Below, piece after piece: positions 53,269 through 64,000 of a stretch of 64,000 bases of DNA. Both the position numbers and the translations under genes were made by a program. Below the pieces are notes generated by a model. The model was not told where the DNA came from. It was given only the letters and a program-made list of their open reading frames with translations, and did no database searches. Position 1 is the first letter of the stretch. The number at the start of each line of letters is the position of its first letter. This DNA comes from Octopus vulgaris (Eukaryota), in contig OX597827.1 of NCBI GenBank assembly GCA_951406725.2, forward strand, positions 53,072,001 to 53,136,000, written 5' to 3'.

Positions 53269-53863
53269 ATGTATGTGTGTGTATATATGTGTGTATGTGT
53301 ATATATGTGTATATAGGGACTAGTGTGCTGTGTGTGCATGTGTGTGTGGATTTGTGTGTGTATGCGTGTATGTGAGTATGTCTGTGTATGTGTATATATA
53401 TTCTTCTGTGTGTATATGTATGTGTGGTCGTGTGTGTATATATACATGTGTGTATACGTGTATGCATATGAGTGTGTGTATGTATGCATATATGTGTATG
53501 TGTAGATATGTATATGTATGTGTAAGTGTATATATATGTATATATATATGTGTGTGTATGTATGTGTGTATGTATATGTATATATGTTTGTATGCGTGTG
53601 TATATATGTATACATATGTGCATAGGTATAAGTGAGAATCTCCTTATTTACCTAAAACTCTATTCCCCTTTTTTATATATATATATTTTTTTATTTTTTT
53701 ATTCTTTTATTTTTTATTTATTCTTCTATCTAATTTAACACTGACTCCTTGACCACTCCCCCAAGTATGATATTTTCCGCTATGCCTACCCCCAAAAAGT
53801 CCCCCACCAACAGCCCTTTAAACCTGCCTAAATGTATAAATGCCAATACAATTCTTGTTAACT

Positions 53864-53914
53864 AGCTTCCTGAAGATTTCTCTTGAATGAAACAGTTCTA
53901 GTCCTGTAGAAGCT
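53864..53914 (+). ncRNA. Type I hammerhead motif, copy 4 of 4
   Basis: Identical motif, inside 53260-54000, an inverted copy of 49378-50160. Confidence 0.7.
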
Positions 53915-53997
53915 CCTTCTATATAATAAATTAATTTTACTCTGCTATGTATTGAGTACCTTATTTACTGTGGTTAACCCCAAATCAACCCGGGACC

Positions 53998-54050
<53 letters not shown>

Positions 54051-54135
54051 ACATATATCTACATATATATCTACTTGTATATAACTAAATCTATATATTT
54101 ACATATATGTATATCTACATATATATCTTCATATT

Positions 54136-54211
<76 letters not shown>

Positions 54212-54299
54212 CATCTACATATATATCTACATATATATCCATCTTCATAAAAATTTATATATATACATATATATCTTCCTATATATCCATATATATGTA

Positions 54300-55308
<1,009 letters not shown>

Positions 55309-55407
55309 TGTATATATATATATATGTATATATGTATATATATATGTATATATATATATGTATATATATATATGTACATATATATGTATGTATATATATA
55401 CACACAT

Positions 55408-55480
<73 letters not shown>

Positions 55481-55482
<2 letters not shown>

Positions 55483-58400
55483 TAGATAAACTTAGATAAA
55501 CTTAGATATGTTTCGACCAAAGATTGGTCCAGGCCATGTCTAACTTAATAGCACCACCTGATAAGATTATTCAAATCCTGTTTAAGTCAAGTTTTGTTTG
55601 AGTCAAGTTTTGTTCAAGTAGTGAGTTCTTGTTGGGTGAGTTGTATCCAATTATGGGTGGCTTATCTGGTATTCTTTGAAGGAATCTATCCAGACTCTGT
55701 TTAAAGTTGATGGGATCCTTTTCCTCTTTGATCTCCCTCGGGACAATGTTAAATAGGGCAAGGCCTGTTGAGGAAAAGAAATTATGTTGCAGTGTGCATG
55801 TATGTTGTGATCTTGAATTGGGCAGGGGACGTATAGCCCGTGGTCCAAGTCTTGGATGAACCTTGAAGCTAATGTTTAGGTCGTTTGGGCAAAGTTGGCG
55901 GTATATTTTCCACATCGTACAAATGATGTACCGCTCACGGCGACGTTGGAGGGAGTAAAGTTTCAAGGCTTTAAGGCGATCCCAATAATCGAGAGCAGCC
56001 ATGTCTTCAATTTGTTTCGTGAGTGCCCTCTGGGGTGACTCAATTCTGGAGATGTTTTGTCTTGTGTGAGGAGACCACAGTGGGCAGCAGTATTCAAGGT
56101 GTGGCCGTACAAAGGAGGAAAAAAGTGGTATGATGACACCTTGTTCTCTGGACCGGAAAGTTCTTAAGATCCAGGAACTCATCCTACGAGCTATATCGAC
56201 CTTCTTGTTGATGTGTGCACTCCAACTGAGATCGTCATCAACAATTACACCCAGGTCTCTGATATTGTTAGAGGCTGTGAGCGGTTCCCTTGAAGGAAGA
56301 GAGTATGGTTGTTTTAGTGAGGAATTTCTTCCAAAATGCATCAGCTCAAATTTTCCCTCATTCAGTTGCATTTTGTTTCTGTCTGCCCATTGACTCACAG
56401 CATATAGATCAGACTGGAGTTGAGTTCGGTCTGCTTCTTCATTGACGATTTGCTGGAGCTTAGTGTCATCAGCAAATATTTTCACTTTGCAGTAATGTAC
56501 GACACTGGAAAGGTCGTTTAAGTAAATTATGAAGAGTAGCGGACCCAAAACAGTTCCCTGGGGAACACCGCTGGTGACTTTTGCTGGGTTTGAGTGGACT
56601 CCATCAACTACAACATGTTGTGTTCTATTCGCCAGGAAATACTTTATCCAGTGTAGAACTTTTCCACGGATTCCAACATTTGCCAATTTTGAGAGTAGGA
56701 TGTTATGGTCTACCCTGTCGAACGCTTTACTGAAGTCAAGATATATGACGTCAGAGTTCGAACCTGTTCCCAAGGCTTTGAGTACATCTTCAATGTGGCG
56801 TAAGAGCTGTGTTAGACAGTCCCTGCCACAGCGAAAGCCATGCTGATTTGCATTTAGGAGTTTGTGGGTCTCCAGGAAGTCAGCTATCCTTGATCTTAAC
56901 ACTCTTTCAGACACTTTAATGATGTAGGAGGTGAGTGAGATTGGGCGATAGTTGACTGCGAGGGATCTGTTTCCCTGTTTGAAAACCGGGATGACCGACT
57001 GGGATAGAAACTGTTTCGGTATATAACCTGCGTCTAACGAATTTCTCCAGAGGTTGGTCAGAGGGACTGCAAGTTGGTATCTACATTCCTTCAGGAGACT
57101 AGCGGGAAATCTATCAGGGCCTACAGCAGAGTAATGTTTGACCTCATTTATTGCTACTACAATGTCAGTGGCAGTGAAGGTCATGTCTGAGATTTTGTGT
57201 TGGGAGTCAACTTCGTTCGTTTCCCTTACGTCAATATCAGTGGGAACACTAAAGACAGAGCAGTATTGTTTCTGCAGTATTTCTGCCATTTCTTTAGCAT
57301 CGTGTTGGGGAATGCCGTTATCATCAATCAATGGCCCAATGGGCGAGACAGTGGTTCTATGCTTATTTGCATAAGAATAGAACACTTTTGGGTTCTGTTT
57401 GATGTTTTTGATTACCCATTGTTCCTCCACAGCTCTTTGATTTTCAATGGAGGTTTTCATGTTGTTCTGCAGATGAAGTTTTTCCAGCTCTAGTCTTTTC
57501 ATTGTTGTTGAATGTGGATGTTGTGTGTGGGAATATTTTAATTGGTTGATTTTTTTGTTGAGTCTTTTGATGCGCCTGATGAGGGTTTTTTTCTTTTTAG
57601 GGAGCCGGTTTCTGTTTGTGTTAGTAGATTTCTTGGGAGCGTGTTTAGAGCATTTATAGGTGACAATGTTTTCAAAGTGCTGCCACGCAGTCTCAATATG
57701 AGAGGAATTGAGAGTAAAAGACTAGTCGATGGAAGACAGATCCTTTCTGATTGTTCCCCAGTCCGCTTTGTGGAAGTTTATGTTGTCAAATGGGTGCCAT
57801 GGAGTGGGATTGGCTGGTTTGGTTTTTATATGCGGGAATTAAGATTGCAGAGTACCATGTCGTGGTCTGAGAGGAGAGTTTTTTCGACTGAAATACTGTG
57901 AACGTAGCTAGAGTGATTGGTCAATACCAGATCCAAGATCGTTTTATTCTGTCTCGTTGGTTCAAGCACTAGCTGAGTCAGGAAATACTCATCCATCAGA
58001 TTAAAGAGCAGTTCTGCTGCTGCTCTATCTGATGTAGAGCACTTGCCTAACTTCAGAGTATTTGTGGGCCAGTTCACATGAGGGAGGTTAAAATCACCCA
58101 TCACTAGTAAGTTTCCGGAGTGGTACTTCCGAAGGAAGGACTTGACTTTGCTAAGGCACTCTTCAAAGTACTTTAGAGGTGCTTGGGGAGGCCTGTAAAG
58201 ACCAACAATGGTTATGTCCTTGGCTTTGTTGTATAGTGATACCGATTCACAGTAGCCATTGGAAAATATGTCCTTGGCATCAAGTGAAAAGGAGTCATGG
58301 ATAAAGATGGCTGTCCCTCCCTTATTTCGGTCTGTGCGATCCGCACGAACAATGGTGAAATCTTTTATTTTCACCTCTGCATCCATATGGGTGTTGTTCA

Positions 58401-58944
58401 GGTGAGTCTTGGTAAGGATAAAGAAAGGGAAGCAATGTGCCATTTCGGCAAGCCAACTCTCTATATATGGGATCTTTCATTTTTGGGCAATAATTGATGG
58501 GTTGATGCCACGTACATTTAACAGGAATGTCGAGGTAAGGGAAGTTGGTAATGGGTGAGTGGTCCTTGTGATTTGCATAGATGGTTGGTGATAGCTCGCT
58601 GGATCTCCTGGCTTAGGTCGGCCTTCATATTTTCTAGGTATGTCAGTAAAAAAGAGTTACTTGTTTGGTTTGCCACTTGGTCAGGGGATACATATTTCAT
58701 GTTGGCGTTGTTTGGTGTTTTTTCATGGTTCTGTCTACGTTGTTTGATTGTGGGAGGGGAAACGTGGTTGTATTTTGTTCTTGTTGTTGTCCTAGATTTC
58801 CTCTGTTCCTGTTTATATTTAGTCTGTGATCGTTTTGTGCCCTTCAGATGGTGGTGGTTGCATTCTGGGTTCAGGCACATCCTTTGTGAGACAAAAGTTT
58901 GGCACAGTTTAGGATGGAATAAGGTGCATACATTGTCTTTTATG

Positions 58945-58945
<1 letters not shown>
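55481..58945 (-). mobile_element. Near full-length CR1-like LINE (ORF1 C-terminal Cys/His region, APE, RT, tandem 10-nt tail)
   Basis: 58880-58518 Cys/His motif; 58443-57826 APE (LYRPP, MGDFNLP, SDH); 57502-55571 RT (FADD). (CTTAGATAAA)n tail at 55481-55508. Confidence 0.92.
55571..57502 (-). CDS. Reverse transcriptase portion of CR1-like ORF2 (643 aa open)
   Basis: [40 protein letters not shown]. Confidence 0.85.
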   Translation of the reverse strand: MKRLELEKLHLQNNMKTSIENQRAVEEQWVIKNIKQNPKVFYSYANKHRTTVSPIGPLIDDNGIPQHDAKEMAEILQKQYCSVFSVPTDIDVRETNEVDSQHKISDMTFTATDIVVAINEVKHYSAVGPDRFPASLLKECRYQLAVPLTNLWRNSLDAGYIPKQFLSQSVIPVFKQGNRSLAVNYRPISLTSYIIKVSERVLRSRIADFLETHKLLNANQHGFRCGRDCLTQLLRHIEDVLKALGTGSNSDVIYLDFSKAFDRVDHNILLSKLANVGIRGKVLHWIKYFLANRTQHVVVDGVHSNPAKVTSGVPQGTVLGPLLFIIYLNDLSSVVHYCKVKIFADDTKLQQIVNEEADRTQLQSDLYAVSQWADRNKMQLNEGKFELMHFGRNSSLKQPYSLPSREPLTASNNIRDLGVIVDDDLSWSAHINKKVDIARRMSSWILRTFRSREQGVIIPLFSSFVRPHLEYCCPLWSPHTRQNISRIESPQRALTKQIEDMAALDYWDRLKALKLYSLQRRRERYIICTMWKIYRQLCPNDLNISFKVHPRLGPRAIRPLPNSRSQHTCTLQHNFFSSTGLALFNIVPREIKEEKDPINFKQSLDRFLQRIPDKPPIIGYNSPNKNSLLEQNLTQTKLDLNRI

Positions 58946-59034
<89 letters not shown>

Positions 59035-59049
59035 CTTTACCTTTAATTT

Positions 59050-59372
59050 ATGTCATTAAACTGTGGTCATCCTGGGGCACCGTTGAAGAATTTTCAGTCA
59101 AATGTACCGACCCCAGTTCTTATTTTTAAAAATCTGATAGTGTTATATCGGTCTCTTTTACAGAAACAGTGATGAGTGACAAAGACACAAAGATACACAC
59201 GCACATGCACACACATATATACATATATACGAAGGCTTCTTTCAGTTTCCGTCCACCAAATTCCCTCAGAAGTCTGTGGTCAGCTCCTGGCTATAGTCTG
59301 ACCAAAGGGTTACGCAGTCAGTGTGAACTCTGAACTACGTAGTTGGGATGCAAGCTTCTTATCACACCAGCA
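59050..59372 (-). mobile_element. CORE-type SINE, degenerate
   Basis: Reverse complement of the 2455-2808 family. Confidence 0.6.
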
Positions 59373-59833
59373 CACTTTTATATAACCATTTTGGGAACGG
59401 GGTAGCAAATGCGATCTCTACAATACCGAAAAACTAAAATTCATAGCATCAGCAATAAATATTTTAAATGTCAGGGAAAAAGCTTTCTCATCCTGCATGT
59501 ACAAACAACAATTCATACTTAGAAATTTCAAGCGTGCTTCCCACCCACTTTGCCATCCCTCCAACCTTGATAAGTTTTTCTCTGGACATCGATTATATGC
59601 ATTACATGAACATTATACATGAAAGGTATATGCTCCCATAAACTTATGCTGGAAGCCTTTATTACACAGATATATGTGCATTGCACATATTCATAACATC
59701 ACGAGAAAAATACATATATACATGAAGTTATGAATTTACAACTCCATGGGCTAAGTTTGGTGTCAAAATCTGTGGAATGTCACATTTATGTTCACATACT
59801 AAAATGCGAACAAAACGCATAATGCAGGTGTGA

Positions 59834-59866
<33 letters not shown>

Positions 59867-60789
59867 TGTATGTATGTATGTATGTATGTATGTATGTATG
59901 CATGCATGCATGCATGCATGCATGCATGTATCTATGGATGTGTGTGTGTGTGTGTCTGCGTGTGGGTGTGAGTGTATGCCTGTATGTATGTGAGTGTGTG
60001 TATATATTTTGCATGGATGTGCATGTGCATATAATTGTGTATTTAAATTTATAAATTTTGACGTGAACGAGTTTTCTCACATAAGATGTTTAAGGAATTA
60101 ATTAATTCATGGTGAACGCACTTCCTTGCAAAAATCCCAGGTATAATGCAAGGGGGAAACAAGATGTTCTTTGAAGTTACCTCCCATGATCTGTATAATT
60201 ATTCAGCCTGATATCCCGTATAGTCTCGTGTAACATTCTGTATTCCCATCCAAAATGGACGGGAATGCATCTCATATTTGTGAAATTTGTCCGCAGATAT
60301 GCTCACGCTATGCTTGATTTAGTTTGACAATCATTGCAAACCAGGTAAGACATGTTTTGTTGAAGCTTTAACTATTTCTTATGAAAATTGGTATTTTCAA
60401 CGCACCCTTAATGTCTATGTTATGAGGACAATAATGGAACACCTCTCCGAGTGGTATATGATAATCGTTACAAAAACTGTGACGTAGGAAATCGAGTGGT
60501 CGAGAGTCGGCGAAGTAGGTCATAGATAGTCATCTCTTTATTTGTATAACTATACTGCTATACCGGAGTGGATGTTATAACAGTCCGACAATGGATTACA
60601 ATAGTTTAATTGTGAGGTAAGATGGGTCAAGATCACTTTTTGTCAAGCATGGTCAACGAACTGTAAAAATAAAACTTCATTGTATGTTTGCTCTTTATGG
60701 AACTTTGTCATAACAATTCTACACTTATAACTGATGGCAATTCTGAAAATGCTTTTCCCAGGTGATAACTGGCTTGAATATATGTTTTC

Positions 60790-61440
60790 TATTTCAGAAA
60801 TATGATGAAGAAGAAAGTGCAAAAACAGCCTCGCCGTTTTCTGCTATATTTGTAAATGTTACACTTTGCCTAGGCAGCGAAGCAAAATGACAGATTTCTA
60901 AAGAAAGCTTACATGAATGAATTTGGCATGAAACTGGGCACCCTATACAGTGTGTAAAACGTGTTGAAATACTGAGACAGTGACTGTTTCAAGTACTTAG
61001 GTAGAAAGTTCCCACACTTGTCTTCTAAGAAAATTAAAGTTGGTGTATTCGACGGGCCACAGATTAGGTGGCTATTGCAAGACGAACAGTTTTTAGAAAT
61101 CATGCTTGGTGCTGAAAAAGAAACATGGAATGCTTTTGCTGCAGTTGTATCTGATTTCCTTGGAAACAGGAAATCATTAAATTATGAAGAACTTGTGCAG
61201 GTTCCGTTAAGCAGTTTTCGAGCACTGGGCTGCAACATGGACTTCTTCCCTGAAAATTGTAAGTGCAATAATTGATGAGTAAAGAGAAAGATTCCATCAA
61301 GACATTGGGATCATAAAGATTACGTATCAAGGCAGCTGGAACACAAACATGATGACTGATTATTGCTGGTTTCTGCAAAGAGACTGTCATGATGCAAGTT
61401 ATTCACGCAAAGTAGCAAAGAGAAAGTTCACTCCTTGAGT
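60790..61440 (+). mobile_element. Internally deleted Chapaev3-like transposase remnant
   Basis: FCYICKC, KIKVGVFDGPQIR, FLGN, ERFHQDI, MMTDYCW; a related but distinct copy from 29-31 kb. Confidence 0.7.
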
Positions 61441-61579
61441 AGTTGAAATTCCAGTTTGACAGAAATATCTATCCTAAGTTGTGTGATGAAACGTTTTGTG
61501 TAATATATTAGTTAAACAATAAAAAGTACTATTTAGTTTGTGTTTGTATTTTTTTTTTATTTCAGTGTTGCATTTAATG

Positions 61580-61730
61580 ACAAGATCGACATTATTTACA
61601 TTCGACGGATATCTGTCCTCATCCTGTTTGTTGTTACAACAACGTTTCGATTGATATATCCTCCAGCCTTCTTCAGGTGTCTTGGAGAAATTTCGAAACT
61701 GGGTTATCATTCCTAAGATGTTTTTGGATA
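61580..61730 (-). mobile_element. Penelope-like terminal fragment with hammerhead-like motif (~61641-61680)
   Basis: Minus strand CTGAAGA-A-GGCTGG...TCAATC-GAAACGTT, stem II partly decayed. Confidence 0.5.
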
Positions 61731-61752
61731 TTATTATTATTATTATTATTAT

Positions 61753-64000
61753 TCTGGGCAAAAATAAAATAGAAGTCACTGCAGCACCAACGGCAGAAGA
61801 ATTGGAAGAATTCTGGGGAGAAATATGGTCGGCGAACGAACCACCAAAAAAAAGGAGTATCAAAATAACAAACTCGGCATCTGAACAAATTTGGACCCCC
61901 ATAACAACTGAAGAGGTCACCCAGGCACTGCAAAGACTAAGCAACTGGAAGGCACCTGGGAATGACAAGATCCCCAACTTCTGGTTGAAATATCTAACAG
62001 GAATGCACAAAAAGCTGGCTGAAAACTTTAACAACGTACTAGCAGAGCCAGAGACAATGCCTGAATGGCTCACGAAGGGGAAAACCATCTTAATTCCCAA
62101 ATCAAATGAAACAGAAAAACCAGAAAACTACAGACCAATAACCTGCCTCCCTACTATGTTCAAGACATTTACTGCAGTGATATCACAAAGGCTGAACAAG
62201 CACCTGGACGAAAACAAACTGTTCCCAGAAGAGCAGAAAGGATGCCGCAAAGGCTCATATGGCTGTAAAGATCAACTAATGATTAATAAAGCCATAACTG
62301 AAGACAGCCACAGAAAGAAGAAAGGCCTCAGTATGGCCTGGATTGACTACAAAAAGGCGTTTGATAGCATCCCCCACACATGGATCCTCGAAACACTAGC
62401 CATTAACAAAGTAGCACCAACAATCATAAAATTCATAGAGCACTCTATGAATAAATGGCAAACAGTCCTACACCTCCAAACAAAAGAGGGACTCATGAAA
62501 ACCAAAGACATCCCCATTAGAAGAGGAATATTCCAGGGAGATACGCTCTCTCCACTCCTTTTCTGCTCGGCACTGTCACCTCTATCTGATATGCTAAATA
62601 GAACTGGATGCGGATATAAATGTTACGGCAAAACGATCAGCCACCTTTTATATATGGATGACCTAACACTATACGCTGCAAATGACAAACAGCTGGAAAC
62701 ACTATTAAAGACAGTTCATGGATTTACCAAAGAAATAGATATGAAATTTGGATTAGAAAAATGCGCCAAAGTAACCATGAAAAGAGGAAAACTAGTTAAG
62801 AGTAACAACATCACACTAGATGAAGCAAATGAAATAAAAGAATTAGACCAAAGCCAAACTTACAAATACTTAGGAATCCATGAACTAGATAAGACACAAC
62901 ACACACAAATGAAAGAGAAAATAAAAAAGAATATTATAGACGAGTTAGATCAATACTAAACACAGAGCTCAATGCTAAAAACAAGATAATAGGTATCAAC
63001 ACTTTAGCTGTCCCAGTTATAAGTTACAGCTACAATATCCTTAACTGGACACGAAATGAACTGACCAAAATAGACAGGAAAACAAGAAAAATAATGACAG
63101 GATCTAGGATGCATCACCCAAAATCTGACATAGAAAGACTATATATACAACGTATAGAAGGTGGTAGAGGCCTTATACGGCTGGAAAACTACTATAAAAT
63201 AACCACCATAGGACTGCAAAAATATCTACTTCAGAAGGAAGGAAAACTGATCCAGATAGCGGCAAAACACGAGCAAAACAAAAAACTGTTCTCAGTATTT
63301 AAGGAAGCTGACAAATACAAACAAGAAATCATACCACCTAATAAACATGAAGAAGAAGAAGAAGATGAAGAAACAACAAAAGCTATAAAAAAAATGAAAT
63401 CCAAACTAAAAATAGAACAGCAACGAACCATGATAAAACGATGGCAAGAAAAGCCCCTTCATGGTAAATACTGGACTAAACTAAACGCAAAAGAAATAGA
63501 CAAAGAAAAATCCCAGCAATGGTTGAGAAGCTCAGGACTCAAAGCAGAAACAGAGGGATTTTTAATTGCAGCACAAGACCAAAGCCTCCCCACCAGAAAT
63601 TACCAAAAACATGTAATGAAAAGAAATATTACAAGTAACTGCAGAATATGTGGAGATGGACAAGAAACAATAAATCATATTATCTCTAGCTGCCCAGTCC
63701 TGGCTAAGAAGGAATATATTCACAGACATGACAGAGTTGGAACTTACATACATTGGAAGCTATGCCAACATTATGGAATAACAACAGAAAAAAGATGGTA
63801 TAGGCACACACCAGAAAAGGTCACAGAAAACGAGAAAGCAACCATACTCTGGGATATGCTGATACACACAGATAGAGAAATTAAGGCCAACAGACCAGAT
63901 ATAGTTGTCAGAGACCATGAAGAAAAAAATGCTTTCTAATTGATGTATCAGTACCGGCAGATGACAACGTGTCTCTAAAAGAAATGGAGAAACTCTCAAA
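61753..64000 (+). mobile_element. 5'-truncated Dong/R4-clade non-LTR retrotransposon (RT + CCHC + restriction-like endonuclease), running off window
   Basis: NWKAPGND, YRPITCL, WIDYKKAFDSIPH, QGDTLSP, YMDD, CRICG...ETINHIISSC, RHD, NRPDIV, LIDVSVP. Only two 1-nt frameshifts. Confidence 0.92.

Noticed and set aside
60100-60790. Possible host exon(s) (CAG|GTAAG near 60345)
   Set aside because: No open frame with recognisable homology; cannot be supported.

Overview
AT-rich, microsatellite-laden animal DNA. The SINE/LINE/Penelope repertoire suggests a coleoid cephalopod, probably Octopus (inference). Two short spliced host genes missed by the ORF track lie head-to-head. FUOM (fucose mutarotase) is on the minus strand, exons 1-3 at 3750-3669, 1247-1179 and 500-433, with the rest off-window. 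V-ATPase subunit e (ATP6V0E) is on the plus strand, four exons 12383-25174, 84 aa, with a CLEAR/M-box 48 bp upstream of its ATG. The most unusual structure sits 134 bp upstream of the FUOM ATG: a head-to-tail dimer of a 1.71-kb ORF1-only (zinc-knuckle) non-LTR retroelement, punctuated by three copies of a 17-bp target duplication (T-E-T-E-T). It shares its 3' terminal stem-loop/AATAA motif with a 5'-truncated Tx1-type LINE inserted 121 bp away with its own 16-bp TSD, which suggests a HAL1/HeT-A-like autonomous/non-autonomous pair. The remainder is transposon debris: CR1-like, RTE, Penelope-like, Dong/R4, Chapaev3-like elements, MITEs and SINEs. It includes a nested inverted-repeat complex at 46.2-54.0 kb carrying four identical type I hammerhead ribozyme motifs. 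Most long ORFs at 37-56 kb are microsatellite artefacts. Family assignments come from motif recognition, not database searches, and boundaries of degenerate repeats are approximate.
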